64,000 bases of DNA from an uncultured Gammaproteobacteria bacterium (GCA_964411255.1 CAYPKD010000006.1:67097-131096); one strand, 5' to 3'. Shown: positions 23,450 to 35,671, counted from the stretch's first letter. Program-made: numbers and translations. The notes: generated from the sequence alone by a model not told the origin.

Positions 23450-24481
23450 ATGCGTAAAATCAGCCTCGCATATATTCTAATTCTTATTTTTTCAGCTTGT
23501 GGTGTATCTGGAACAACAAAACCAACTTGTGAATCTGACGCAGGAAATGAATGCGATTGTAATGAAGAAGATGTTTATTCACTTGCACCTGAAACGCAGC
23601 AAACTGTGATTTGTAGCGAAAGTACTCATCTTGAGGGCGATGAATGCGTTGCCAATGAGGTCGAAGGACTTGATCAAGATGGTGATGGATTCCCCTATCC
23701 TGAAGACTGTGATGACAGACGCATTGATGTTAATCCTGAAGCTGAAGAAATTTGTGATGCCAGAGATAATGATTGTGATGGTGAGATGGATGGTGAAGGC
23801 GTGTGTGCCTATGAATGTACGAATACATTTGTAACATATGATCAATCACATTCAGAAAATGAAGTGAATATCAACCTAGCATATACGACTGATTATAGTA
23901 CTGAATCTTCTGTATTCATAATCATGAGTGGATGTCGTCCTAATTATTTGCGATTTGAACCTCCTTTTATGATTATTGGAGACGCCTACAAAATGAGATT
24001 TGATGTATCCGGATTAGAACCTGGGGATGTCATTGAAAGATTCGTAGTCAGACAGATTATTGGTGAAACACCAATTCCGTTATTCTACGATGAAAGTAGT
24101 GGAATCGAAGGACGACTTGAACTTCGTACTTTGCATTATGAAAATGACGAGGGAGTACTAGGAGAACAAACCTATTCAACTTATCAAAACAATGACGGAA
24201 GTTTTATTTTTGAATATATTCCAATTCCAAATAATTTCTCCCCATACCTTACTTTTTCTCTAGGCCTACGTCACGGATTCGCCGGATCTCTTCAAATCTC
24301 ATTTGAGGGACTTGAGGATTTCATCGTAACAGGCAAAGATACCATTACCGGACGGCCTTTCCCTCAGCAAGGTGAATATGTAATGGTCTTGTGTCCAGAT
24401 AGAGACAATGACGGCGAAGATGATCACAGATGCGGTGGAACCGATCCTGATGACAAGTCTCTCTATCCTGACAATCTTTAA
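23450..24481 (+). CDS. Secreted lipoprotein with one MopE-type repeat.
   Basis: An AGGAG RBS is present. The signal peptide with lipobox reads LILIFSACG. The repeat is DCDDRRIDVNPEAEEICDARDNDCDGEMDGEG. The product is 343 aa. Confidence 0.7.
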   Translation: MRKISLAYILILIFSACGVSGTTKPTCESDAGNECDCNEEDVYSLAPETQQTVICSESTHLEGDECVANEVEGLDQDGDGFPYPEDCDDRRIDVNPEAEEICDARDNDCDGEMDGEGVCAYECTNTFVTYDQSHSENEVNINLAYTTDYSTESSVFIIMSGCRPNYLRFEPPFMIIGDAYKMRFDVSGLEPGDVIERFVVRQIIGETPIPLFYDESSGIEGRLELRTLHYENDEGVLGEQTYSTYQNNDGSFIFEYIPIPNNFSPYLTFSLGLRHGFAGSLQISFEGLEDFIVTGKDTITGRPFPQQGEYVMVLCPDRDNDGEDDHRCGGTDPDDKSLYPDNL

Positions 24482-24483
24482 TT

Positions 24484-24512
24484 GCCTGCCAAACATTTTG
24501 GCAGGTTTTTTT
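24484..24512 (+). terminator. Intrinsic terminator T4 (gcctgccaaa-catt-ttggcaggt + T7).
   Basis: A hairpin is followed by a T run. Confidence 0.6.
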
Positions 24513-24543
24513 GATATAATAAAAGTAGAGATATACATAAAAT

Positions 24544-24572
24544 TGACAAAACCATACAAATCTGTTAATATT
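24544..24572 (+). promoter_or_regulatory. Sigma70 promoter (TTGACA-17-TAATAT).
   Basis: The hexamers and spacing were read directly from the sequence. Confidence 0.5.
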
Positions 24573-24608
24573 TAAAATTGAAAACGTTAGCTGTTATATG
24601 CTGCTTGT

Positions 24609-25283
24609 TTGGTAATATTACTAAATAATATGGATCTAACAGATCTTTCCAATCATCCATGGGAGACACTAATGCAAAATGTCTACCTCACACTAATTCT
24701 GTTTTCTTTTTCAGCGTGCTATGTAAATCCAAATCAATCAACCCGATTGACACAAAGCAATAATTATATTCCAACTCATGGATATAGTGGCTCGTATGAA
24801 TATTTTGATGAAACAAATCATGAAGATTTTGAAATATTTGTTGGAGAGGATACTATACTATATCCAGATACAAACACTTTGCCTGAAGAAATTGAAGAAA
24901 CTCAGAAAGATATTTACATGACAGATCGGATAGATCCCTTGATGTGCGGAATTTGCGTACAAGGGCAAACACCAATAGAAGAATCATGTAATGGGCTGGA
25001 CGATGACTGCGACTGTGAAATCGACGAAAATTGGGCAGATAAACTTGGTACTCCTTGCAGAGGCTATTATCTGGAAGGAGAAATTTTCCTTGACGGATAC
25101 TGTACTGACTTAGGAGAAATTATTTGTAACTCAATACCTGGCCATGGGTATATGTATCTTCAATGCTCCACTGCTGATCCAACATCAGCTTTCACAACAC
25201 CTGCTTATTGGGATAAAAAAGACGGATGTGATAATCTTGATGCTGACTGTGATGGAGAGATTGATGAAGATTGCGTGGAATAA
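24609..25283 (+). CDS. Secreted lipoprotein with MopE-type repeats.
   Basis: The signal peptide and lipobox FSAC are present, and the likely start is the ATG at 24672 (GGGAGA RBS). Repeats include CNGLDDDCDCEIDEN and GCDNLDADCDGEIDEDC. Confidence 0.65.
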   Translation: MVILLNNMDLTDLSNHPWETLMQNVYLTLILFSFSACYVNPNQSTRLTQSNNYIPTHGYSGSYEYFDETNHEDFEIFVGEDTILYPDTNTLPEEIEETQKDIYMTDRIDPLMCGICVQGQTPIEESCNGLDDDCDCEIDENWADKLGTPCRGYYLEGEIFLDGYCTDLGEIICNSIPGHGYMYLQCSTADPTSAFTTPAYWDKKDGCDNLDADCDGEIDEDCVE

Positions 25284-25289
25284 AACTAA

Positions 25290-25318
25290 TCTGCCAAACA
25301 ATTTGGTGGGTTTTTTTT
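25290..25318 (+). terminator. Intrinsic terminator T5 (ctgccaaa-caa-tttggtgg + T8).
   Basis: A hairpin with G-U pairs is followed by a T run. The flank ttaattcgaaatgcgag matches that after T3. Confidence 0.55.
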
Positions 25319-25391
25319 AATTCGAAATGCGAGAGGCAAAAGGTGAAAATTGCATATTTTACTAAATTTAGACAAAAAATACAAAAACAAT

Positions 25392-25420
25392 TTGACAAAT
25401 CACTATATAAATGCTAAAAT
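25392..25420 (+). promoter_or_regulatory. Sigma70 promoter (TTGACA-17-TAAAAT).
   Basis: The hexamers and spacing were read directly from the sequence. Confidence 0.5.
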
Positions 25421-25465
25421 TACAATCCATAACTACACTGAAAAAGGCAAAACAGGAGCAGGAAA

Positions 25466-26314
25466 ATGCGAGAACAACGAAACAAAGCAAGTAATGTTAT
25501 TATTTATGTTGGACTAATCGGAATAATAGTCGAGTTGATTATGCTTCTGGTTGTGATTCGTACACATTACTCTTCAACAGATTTTTCAATAGAAAATCAA
25601 AATTTCTTTACAAGGATTTTTTCAACAGAAAACCCAGAAATAAAACGAGAAAAACAGGCTGGCGAATCAACATACAATGGCAGAGACGATGACGGTGACG
25701 GCTTCGTTGACGAAGACTATGTCTGTGATCCTTCAAAAGACGTCAAAATGCTTTGCTTTGCCGGCGATGATGAAAAAATTGGAACCATGAGCTGCAATGA
25801 CAACGGTGTTGGTTTTACCAAATGTGAAACCAACTGCACTATTGGTGATGCTATGAACATACGCATGATGCATAGTTATCCCATGGGATCTCCTCTGTAC
25901 GTAGAATATGATCATACATACCGCTGCGTCAGGGCAGGCAGACTGGGTGAAGGCAAAACCCAATGGAAAACTGCTCAGCTGAAACAAGTTCCTTTGGAAG
26001 AAACGTATAGTCCTGCCGCCCTTATGAGGATGGGATTGTCCAAATCAGATTACAGGAAGCATTATGACAATCCACAAGAAGGACGAGTGGCACTTGCTGA
26101 AAATCAGTATCTAGGAGAATGCACTATTAGCGAGACCCGCAACTGCGGCACAAATCTCGGCCAATGCGTCAAAGGCACACAAATTTGCCAAGACAATGGC
26201 CGAGGCCAAGGCATCTGGTCAAAATGCGGTGGTGAATTTGTAGGAAGAAGCATCGAGATCTGCCTTGACGGTCTGGACAACGATTGCAACGGCCAAATCG
26301 ATGAAGGCTGTTAG
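25466..26314 (+). CDS. TM-anchored extracytoplasmic protein with MopE-type repeats.
   Basis: There is an N-terminal TM helix. Repeats are GRDDDGDGFVDEDYVCDP and ICLDGLDNDCNGQIDEGC. The product is 282 aa. Confidence 0.65.
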   Translation: MREQRNKASNVIIYVGLIGIIVELIMLLVVIRTHYSSTDFSIENQNFFTRIFSTENPEIKREKQAGESTYNGRDDDGDGFVDEDYVCDPSKDVKMLCFAGDDEKIGTMSCNDNGVGFTKCETNCTIGDAMNIRMMHSYPMGSPLYVEYDHTYRCVRAGRLGEGKTQWKTAQLKQVPLEETYSPAALMRMGLSKSDYRKHYDNPQEGRVALAENQYLGECTISETRNCGTNLGQCVKGTQICQDNGRGQGIWSKCGGEFVGRSIEICLDGLDNDCNGQIDEGC

Positions 26315-26324
26315 CAGTTGACAA

Positions 26325-26351
26325 CCTGCCAAACAATTTGGTGGGTTTTTT
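26325..26351 (+). terminator. Intrinsic terminator T6 (cctgccaaa-caa-tttggtggg + T6).
   Basis: Its sequence is nearly identical to T5. Confidence 0.55.
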
Positions 26352-26362
26352 GATAAAAAAAT

Positions 26363-26426
26363 AACAAACTAAAGTTTGTCAATCCTTATTTAAAAATTAG
26401 AACCAGGTCTGACAAACTTTAGTTTG

Positions 26427-26428
<2 letters not shown>
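26363..26428 (-). terminator. Perfect 19-bp inverted repeat (aacaaactaaagtttgtca / tgacaaactttagtttgtt) with a 28-nt loop and a T7 run on the minus strand; likely the ligA terminator.
   Basis: The right arm overlaps the ligA stop. On the minus strand a U-tract follows the stem. It is convergent with T6. Confidence 0.5.
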
Positions 26429-28505
<2,077 letters not shown>

Positions 28506-29006
28506 TTAATACTGATCCACAACCTCCTGTAACTCTATTTTACCATTTCTCTGTGTAAACCTAAACTCAATTGCCCTGCCAGTTTTTATATCTGAAATTA
28601 AAACTGTTGGATGAATGTCATCAAAACACCACCCGTTTGAATCACAAAATTCAATATTTTCCTGATAGGGGATATAGTATACAATCCGTTTCTGATTCAG
28701 TCTCACCTTCTCATTCAATATATATTGATCAATTGCATTATCATCAAAAATTTTATTTTCATTTTTATCAGCAAATAAAATTGCTTTATCAAAATCAAAA
28801 AAGACTCCATAAGATACTGGCTTTGGTCTGGCCTTTTCAGATTCTAAAGCCTTTTCCCCTGCCTGATTTATTAATTTTAAAATCTCTTTTGCTTCAGCCT
28901 CAACCAATTCAAATTCATTTTTTCTTTTTTCATTAAAAAAAATCAGAACTCCTATCAAAATTAAGATTGTTATAATTAAGAATATTTGAAATTTATTTTT
29001 CTTCAT
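28506..29006 (-). CDS. Hypothetical membrane-anchored protein.
   Basis: There is an N-terminal TM helix. The product is 166 aa. Confidence 0.5.
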   Translation of the reverse strand: MKKNKFQIFLIITILILIGVLIFFNEKRKNEFELVEAEAKEILKLINQAGEKALESEKARPKPVSYGVFFDFDKAILFADKNENKIFDDNAIDQYILNEKVRLNQKRIVYYIPYQENIEFCDSNGWCFDDIHPTVLISDIKTGRAIEFRFTQRNGKIELQEVVDQY

Positions 29007-29421
29007 GTAATATTTTTTTCTTTCTTCTATACAAAACTATTGAATAAATTATTCCAAATATTAGATAAATAAAATTTCCAATAACTAAAAGTATTATGTC
29101 TCCTACTCCTTCTCCAGAAAGCTCTTTTATTAATGACCCAAGAATGAACAACAAAAGTGTGAATGCTGTAAACACGGCGATGGATATTAAAGGCAAAAAA
29201 AATAAAAATTTACTAGACCTTTTAGAAAAAAACAGCATTTTCCCAATCATTATTACCACAGCAAATGGAAAAACAAAATAAAAACTCCCTACGAATGCAT
29301 TTATTATTATATCTCGTTCGTTTGGCTGTGATAAATATAATAAAATTGCAACAATCAGTACAATAATCATTCCTTTACCCAATGTCTTCAAAGGATTATA
29401 TTTTATTTGCTTTTCTTCCAT
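28993..29421 (-). CDS. Hypothetical 4-TM membrane protein.
   Basis: The product is 142 aa and hydrophobic. Confidence 0.5.
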   Translation of the reverse strand: MEEKQIKYNPLKTLGKGMIIVLIVAILLYLSQPNERDIIINAFVGSFYFVFPFAVVIMIGKMLFFSKRSSKFLFFLPLISIAVFTAFTLLLFILGSLIKELSGEGVGDIILLVIGNFIYLIFGIIYSIVLYRRKKKILHEEK

Positions 29422-29492
29422 ATAAACTATATTTGAAAAAAGGCAGTAAAATTTCAGTTACTGCCAATATTCAATGTAATATAGCACATTTT

Positions 29493-30491
29493 TTACAAAA
29501 AATCAACCATTTTCACTAAGTGATATGCATATGCATACTCATTATCATACCAGGCTAGAATTTTGACTAGATCTCCATCAACCACTTTGGTAAATGGCAA
29601 ATCAACAATTGCTGAATATTTTGTTCCAACAATATCAGAAGAAACCAATAGTTCACTTGAAACTCCTAAAATCTCTTTATATCTAAATGTTTTTGAAGCA
29701 TCAATAAATGCTTTATTAACCTGCTCAACTGTTGCTTTCTTTTTCAAAACTAATGTAAAATCTGACAATGAACCGCAGGGCACTGGGACTCGAATTGAAA
29801 TACCATCGAATTTATTTTCTAAACTTGGTAAAGTCTTTGTAGTAGCAATTGCAGCACCAGTTGTTGTTGGAAAAATATTTTCAGCAGCTGCTCTGCCCCG
29901 CCTTGGATCTTTTGGACTTGGACCGTCAACTAATCTTTGAGTAGCTGTATAAGCATGAATTGTGGTCATCAAAGCTTTTTTAATGCCAAATTTTGATTCT
30001 ATTACTGCCATTACAGGTGAAACACAGTTTGTAGTGCATGAGGCATTTGATAAAACAACATCTTTTTTTGTAATTTTATCTTCATTAGCGCCGGCAACAA
30101 AAGTATTTAAATCTTCAGACTTTGTGGGTGCAGAAATAATTACTCGCTTTGCTCCAGCCTTAATATGCTTGGTCGCTCCTTCTTTATCTGTAAAAAAACC
30201 CGTACATTCTAAAACTACATCAATGCCCAGTTTTTTCCACGGCAATTTCGCTGGATTCTTTTCAGCAAAGGCTTGAACCTTTGCGTTGCCCACCTGCAAA
30301 TACCCTTTACCAGAGACAACCTGCTTGTCATATCGACCATAAACTGTGTCATATCTTAAAAGATATGCAAGATTTTCAGGATCAACCAAATCATTGATGG
30401 CAACCACTTTTATATTTTTATTTTCTAAGGCAGATTTAAATGCTGCCCGGCCGATCCGGCCAAAGCCATTGATGGCGATTTTTGTTGGCAT
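29493..30491 (-). CDS. gap: Glyceraldehyde-3-phosphate dehydrogenase, type I.
   Basis: The NAD-binding motif INGFGRIGR and the active-site motif SNASCTTNC are present. Confidence 0.9.
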   Translation of the reverse strand: MPTKIAINGFGRIGRAAFKSALENKNIKVVAINDLVDPENLAYLLRYDTVYGRYDKQVVSGKGYLQVGNAKVQAFAEKNPAKLPWKKLGIDVVLECTGFFTDKEGATKHIKAGAKRVIISAPTKSEDLNTFVAGANEDKITKKDVVLSNASCTTNCVSPVMAVIESKFGIKKALMTTIHAYTATQRLVDGPSPKDPRRGRAAAENIFPTTTGAAIATTKTLPSLENKFDGISIRVPVPCGSLSDFTLVLKKKATVEQVNKAFIDASKTFRYKEILGVSSELLVSSDIVGTKYSAIVDLPFTKVVDGDLVKILAWYDNEYAYAYHLVKMVDFL

Positions 30492-30598
30492 ATTGAATAG
30501 TTAAATTAGTTAAAAAAGTTATAGAAATGAAAAAAATTATGACGTTACGACGTTATAAAATTCTAAATAAGAAATTAATAAATGAATCTCATAACAAA

Positions 30599-31021
30599 TC
30601 AGGCAGCCGCTTCTCTTTCCTGGCTGACTTTTTTCAATTTCAAAATCATTTTCCGAGCCAAATCTTCAGCTTCATCAATCATTTCTTTTGTAACATTTTT
30701 TACTCCAAACCATTTTTTTTCAGCTTCAGCAATTTGCTTTTCAGTTTCAGAATCATCATCAAAATACATCATATTTGCAATGCGTATCCAATTGAACACT
30801 ACTGAACCCCATGTTCTTCTGTATTTATTAAATCTTTTCTTATCCAAAACTTCCTTACTGGAATAATCTTTTTCAATTGTGCCAACCACTTTTTTAATTC
30901 TCATTTCAGGTTTTTCTTCCCACATGCTCATTGCTTTTTCTAATTCATAAATATAATACTCTGGAGTATCCTCTTCAATTTGCTGTGGAGGAAATTCCAT
31001 TTTTTTCGCAGCTTCTACCAT
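30599..31021 (-). CDS. Hypothetical protein.
   Basis: The ORF is 140 aa. No family was recognised. Confidence 0.45.
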   Translation of the reverse strand: MVEAAKKMEFPPQQIEEDTPEYYIYELEKAMSMWEEKPEMRIKKVVGTIEKDYSSKEVLDKKRFNKYRRTWGSVVFNWIRIANMMYFDDDSETEKQIAEAEKKWFGVKNVTKEMIDEAEDLARKMILKLKKVSQEREAAA

Positions 31022-31032
31022 ATTTTTTTAAT

Positions 31033-32145
31033 TTAATTCGTAAATTTATCCCAAACATTTACAAAAACATCTTTGAATTTGAAAATGTCCCTTCCTGTTA
31101 TAATTATAATCAATAGAATCAATAAAGCAAAGCCAATTGTATGAATCAGATTTTCAACTCTCTGCTTAATTGGCTTGCCGCGCAGCTTTTCAATGATTAA
31201 AAACAATACTCTGCCTCCGTCCAAAGCAGGGATTGGCAAAAAGTTAATAATCATTAAATTAATGGATAAAAGAGCTGCAAACTGAATTAAATAGGTTATA
31301 CCCATTCTGGTAAACTGACCAGTCAAAACAGCAATACCCACTGGACCAGCCACATCCAAACCTGCTTTTCCAGTGGTTACCAAATTCTTTACAATAACTG
31401 CCAAACCCTTAACAATCTGGCCGGTCATTAATACACCACTCTTTGCGCCAAGCCAAATAGACTTATACCATGGATAAGAAACAACTGCTGTTTTTACCAC
31501 ACTCACACCAATGCCTGCGCTTTCTAAATCTTCATAATAAATTGGTGTAATAGCAAATTCTTTTTCTTCATCCAATCTTTTTATTTTTAAATTCAATTCT
31601 TCATCTTCTTTATCCTTTAACGAATCTCTTAAAATATCAATTGAATCAATCTTTGTATCATTGACTTGCAGAATTGAATCTCCTGCCTTTAAGCCTATTT
31701 CCATTGCTGGTGAATCTGCCAAAACTTCATAAACCTGTATCTGCGGATTTTTTAATTGGCCATTATCAATATCTGTTTCCACAATTTGAGGTGCACCTAT
31801 CATAAAGCCAATTGAAAGCAGCACGCAGGCCAAAACAAAATTCATAAATACACCCGCTGAGACAATTACAATTCTTTTCCAGATTTTTTGATAGGAAAAA
31901 CTATCCTTATCCTCTCGGTTCTCGCCGTCTTCACCCTTAATCTTCACAAATCCTCCCAGCGGCAGCCAGTTGATTGAATAAGTGATCCCTGTCTTTTTAC
32001 TTTTGATTCCAGTTGCTTTTGGCGGAAAGCCAATACCAAACTCTTCAACTTTTACTTTAAATTTTCGAGCAGTATAATAATGGCCCAATTCATGAACTAA
32101 AACCAATACTGATAAGATTATGATAAAAACGATTAAAGTTAACAT
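31033..32145 (-). CDS. rseP: RIP metalloprotease RseP (site-2 protease, M50).
   Basis: The HELGH motif lies in the first TM helix (HELGHYYTARKF). A PDZ-like segment is present. The product is 370 aa. Confidence 0.85.
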   Translation of the reverse strand: MLTLIVFIIILSVLVLVHELGHYYTARKFKVKVEEFGIGFPPKATGIKSKKTGITYSINWLPLGGFVKIKGEDGENREDKDSFSYQKIWKRIVIVSAGVFMNFVLACVLLSIGFMIGAPQIVETDIDNGQLKNPQIQVYEVLADSPAMEIGLKAGDSILQVNDTKIDSIDILRDSLKDKEDEELNLKIKRLDEEKEFAITPIYYEDLESAGIGVSVVKTAVVSYPWYKSIWLGAKSGVLMTGQIVKGLAVIVKNLVTTGKAGLDVAGPVGIAVLTGQFTRMGITYLIQFAALLSINLMIINFLPIPALDGGRVLFLIIEKLRGKPIKQRVENLIHTIGFALLILLIIIITGRDIFKFKDVFVNVWDKFTN

Positions 32146-32379
32146 ATTTTATAAAATTTCTAATTATTAATTTCTAATGAAATCCTAATGACTAATGTTC
32201 CATGTCTAATGATCATAATAAAAGTCTTTCATATCTAAAAATATCTTCTTTTTTATAAAATTTTGAAAAGTATTTACTTATTACAAATGCCACAAAACTG
32301 GCAAGCACATTTAGCTGCATGCCTAAGATTAAAAATAAAATTTTTAGTCGTTTACACATAAGAATTGATACTGATAGTT

Positions 32380-32475
32380 GATTGCTACATGTTACATGCT
32401 ACAGGATACAGGATCTAGGATTCAGGATCCAGGATATTCGGGGCATTCGGGTTGAAATTCGGGACATTCGGATTA
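32380..32475. promoter_or_regulatory. Heptad direct-repeat cluster, (CAGGATN)x5 then (ATTCGGG)x4, upstream of rseP.
   Basis: CAGGAT occurs at 7-8-nt spacing. ATTCGG occurs at 32435, 32445, 32457 and 32466. The same ATTCGG array lies upstream of the clpC-like gene. Confidence 0.5.
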
Positions 32476-32477
32476 TT

Positions 32478-33566
32478 CTAAATTCTGGCCGACGATCGAA
32501 CGCCCTTATTGGCATTGTGACCGCCCGGAGAGTCCCAACCCAGGCCCATCCGTCCAGTGCCCAGATTCCAAAACGAAAGACAAACGCCGCCCGAGGTCTT
32601 TAAATATCCGCCCAAATTCAAATTTACTTTGCCACTTCCTTCAAAATCATCAATTACCTTATTATTCCTCTGCAAATAATGCATAAAATAAGTTAATTCC
32701 CCCTCCGGCGTCATGCCGCTCTCGCCCTTATATTGCTCTTCTTTTTGCATTTTTTCCAAATACTCATTCGGACTTTCATTCGCTTCCAATTGCTTTCTGT
32801 TGCCAATTGTCTTTCCCTTTCCTTCTGCAGGTAAATCTGGCATATCTTCTATAAACATTATGTCCCAACCGTCTGTCTCTTTTAAAATCTCCTTCTTTGT
32901 TTTCCCTCCATGATTTTCCTGATCATACTTTTCCGGAAAATAAACTAAATCTCCGCTGATGTCCGCGTTTCCTTCCTTATAGTCCCCATTCATATAAACT
33001 GGATTATCATCATCTATTCCTATATAATTTCCGTTTGTCCCTTTCAAATTCCCTTCCTCATACTTTTTTAATATTAATTCCTTTGCTTTCTCAATCATAT
33101 CGCTTAATTTCATCCCAAACGGCACTATTAAAAACTGCGTAAAACCCTGTTCTTTCTTTTTTTCAAGCAATTCTTTTTTTGCTTCAACTTTTTTTAAAAT
33201 ATCATCATAGGATGGAATTGGTCTGAGCTGGTCTTTGATATCAACAAATCCCATTTCTCCACTTGGCAATTCTTTAATCAAGCCGTTCTGTTTTAAAGTT
33301 TCAATCTGATCTTCATATTGTTCTTTTAATTCAAAGATCTTTTCACCTTCTTTTTTTCCTTTTATCTTCAATAACTCGTTTTTATAGTCTGAATAAAATC
33401 CCAATGCCTTTTCCAAATCCCCGGCCTTTTCCGCTGCCACTGCCTTATCCATGATCTCACCGAGAAATTCCTTTTCTTCAACCGTTAGCGGCACACGCTT
33501 AACTTCACTCCGCCGCGGGCGGGCCATTTGGAGTTGGGATTCTAATGATTTTGGTTTTTCTGGCAT
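32478..33566 (-). CDS. Hypothetical protein; tandem paralog A of the 33622..34719 gene.
   Basis: Its first ~200 aa are nearly co-linear with the upstream paralog (MPEKPKSLESQLQMARP(R/K)R...). The track start at 33764 reads into the upstream gene, and the likely start is MPEKPK at 33566. Confidence 0.6.
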   Translation of the reverse strand: MPEKPKSLESQLQMARPRRSEVKRVPLTVEEKEFLGEIMDKAVAAEKAGDLEKALGFYSDYKNELLKIKGKKEGEKIFELKEQYEDQIETLKQNGLIKELPSGEMGFVDIKDQLRPIPSYDDILKKVEAKKELLEKKKEQGFTQFLIVPFGMKLSDMIEKAKELILKKYEEGNLKGTNGNYIGIDDDNPVYMNGDYKEGNADISGDLVYFPEKYDQENHGGKTKKEILKETDGWDIMFIEDMPDLPAEGKGKTIGNRKQLEANESPNEYLEKMQKEEQYKGESGMTPEGELTYFMHYLQRNNKVIDDFEGSGKVNLNLGGYLKTSGGVCLSFWNLGTGRMGLGWDSPGGHNANKGVRSSARI

Positions 33567-33621
33567 ACTGTAATGAGTAAAGGGTAATTTGTAATTCGTA
33601 ATTAGTAATTGGGCTTCAGGA

Positions 33622-34719
33622 TTAAGCCCTAACAGCTGTTCGAGCTGAGTATTTATTATAATCCACATTGCGACTATGCCGAACGATCGAATCAATATAC
33701 ATTGTCTCATGATCTCTATCCCATCCAGAAAAACATATGGTTCCATTGTTTTTAAAATATCCACCTAAATTCCAATTTACTTTACCGCTTCCCTGATAAT
33801 CGTCAATTACCTTATTGTTTTTCTGTAAATAATACATGAAATAAGTTAATTCAGCTTCAGGTGTCATACCATACTCTCCTTTATACTGCTCTTCATTTTG
33901 TAAATCATACAAATATACATATGGTTTCATACCTGGGCTAATCTGTGTTCTGCCTCCCTTTTCTCTTCCCTTAAATGGTAAATCTGGCATATCCTCTAAA
34001 AACAAGATATCCCAACCGCCTTCTTCTGCTAAAATATCTTGTTTAGTTTTACCACCATGATCATGTGGATCAAACTTTTCTGGATAATAGACCAAATCAC
34101 CAGTTAGATCTGCGCTTTTAAAATCTTTTTCAATACGAATCGGCAATGTTGTATTTAACTCCAGCGAATCTCCATTTGTTCCATTTAATTTCCCGTGTTC
34201 ATACTTTTCTAATATTAACTTTTTAATTCGGTTTTTAATGTCCGCTATTCTCATACCAAATGGAACTAAAAGAAGTTGGGTGAATCCTTGTTCTCGCTTT
34301 CTGTCAAGCAACTCTTTCTTCGCTTTAACTCGCTCTAAAATTTCTTCATACGTTGGAATTGGTCTTGGCGTACCAGTGATATCAATAAATCCTATTTCTC
34401 CGCTTGGTAATTTTTCAATCAGTCCATTCTTTTTTAAAATTTCAATTTGCTCTTTATATTGCTCTTTCAATTCAAAATTCTTTTCAATCTCTTTTTTTCG
34501 TTCTTTTACTTCTTTTATTTTAAGCAACTCATTTTTATAATCTGTATAATAATTTATTGCTTCCAGTAATTTTCCTGCTTTTTCCGCAGCCACAGCCTTA
34601 TCCATAATCTCACCTAAGAATTTCTTTTCTTCTGGGGTTAGCGGAACACGCTTAATCTCAGCCCGTTTTGGGCGGGCCATTTGGAGTTGGGATTCTAATG
34701 ATTTTGGTTTTTCTGGCAT
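33622..34719 (-). CDS. Hypothetical protein; tandem paralog B.
   Basis: The product is 365 aa with the same N-terminal block as paralog A. The C-terminal third has diverged. Confidence 0.6.
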   Translation of the reverse strand: MPEKPKSLESQLQMARPKRAEIKRVPLTPEEKKFLGEIMDKAVAAEKAGKLLEAINYYTDYKNELLKIKEVKERKKEIEKNFELKEQYKEQIEILKKNGLIEKLPSGEIGFIDITGTPRPIPTYEEILERVKAKKELLDRKREQGFTQLLLVPFGMRIADIKNRIKKLILEKYEHGKLNGTNGDSLELNTTLPIRIEKDFKSADLTGDLVYYPEKFDPHDHGGKTKQDILAEEGGWDILFLEDMPDLPFKGREKGGRTQISPGMKPYVYLYDLQNEEQYKGEYGMTPEAELTYFMYYLQKNNKVIDDYQGSGKVNWNLGGYFKNNGTICFSGWDRDHETMYIDSIVRHSRNVDYNKYSARTAVRA

Positions 34720-34861
34720 AAAATAGTAAATTTACTGCTGTCTCACTTGTCATCTCGAGCCCCTCGACTACGCTCGGGGCAGGCTCCGTCGAGAGATCTT
34801 TCATTTAGTTTTGTATAACCCAAAGCAGCGGTTATGATTCGTAATTATTTGTAATAAGATA

Positions 34862-35671
34862 TTACTTAATTTCCAAATCAGTTTTACCTATTTGTAATTT
34901 CTTTCCGAGAAATCTCACAGCCATTTTCTCAAAATTCTCAGTCAAATCTGTGACTAAATATTTTCTTTTTTTATTTTTACCTAATTTTGATTCAATATCT
35001 TCATGCCTTTTTAAATAATCCTTCAAAGACTGTGCCACAATTTTCGCAGGATTTGGCACTTCAACCTGCTTGCCCATCACTTGCCTGATCTGTTTAATTA
35101 ATAATGGATAATGCGTACAGCCTAAAATCAGACTTTGCACTTGTTTTTGTTTTAATGGCCGCAAATAATTTCGCAGGATCTTCATTGTTTCCGGCCGGTT
35201 TATATAATCCTCTTCAATTAAACAAACCAAAAGGGGAGTGGCTTGTGCAAAAATCTGAGCCTTTGAACCTAACTTTTCCAATTCTTTTTTATAAACCTCA
35301 GAACTTATGGTTCCCCTGGTTCCAATAACGCCAATCTTATCATAGGGTTTGTCAGCAAAAAATTCTGCCACTGGCCTGATCACTCCTAAAATCCTTTTAT
35401 CAGAATTTTTTGCTGACAAATATTCTTGCTGCAACCTTCTCAAAGCTAATCCACTGGCAGTATTGCATGCAATAATTATTAATTCACAACCCTGGTCAAA
35501 TAAATAATCGCATGCCTGTTTGGAAAAGTCATAGACTAAATCTTTTGACCTATTTCCATAAGGCACGCGCGCAGTATCTCCTAAATAAATATAATCGTAT
35601 TCTGGAAGTTCACGGATGAATTCTTTTAATACGGTTAAACCTCCTAGACCAGAATCGAAGACGCCAATCAT
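34862..35671 (-). CDS. murI: Glutamate racemase.
   Basis: The motifs VFDSGLGGLTV, ACNTAS and GCTHYP are present. Confidence 0.9.
   Translation of the reverse strand: MIGVFDSGLGGLTVLKEFIRELPEYDYIYLGDTARVPYGNRSKDLVYDFSKQACDYLFDQGCELIIIACNTASGLALRRLQQEYLSAKNSDKRILGVIRPVAEFFADKPYDKIGVIGTRGTISSEVYKKELEKLGSKAQIFAQATPLLVCLIEEDYINRPETMKILRNYLRPLKQKQVQSLILGCTHYPLLIKQIRQVMGKQVEVPNPAKIVAQSLKDYLKRHEDIESKLGKNKKRKYLVTDLTENFEKMAVRFLGKKLQIGKTDLEIK

Noticed and set aside
29563-30276. Supplied plus-strand ORFs 29563..29940 and 29962..30276.
   Set aside because: They are antisense to the clearly identifiable gap (GAPDH) gene.
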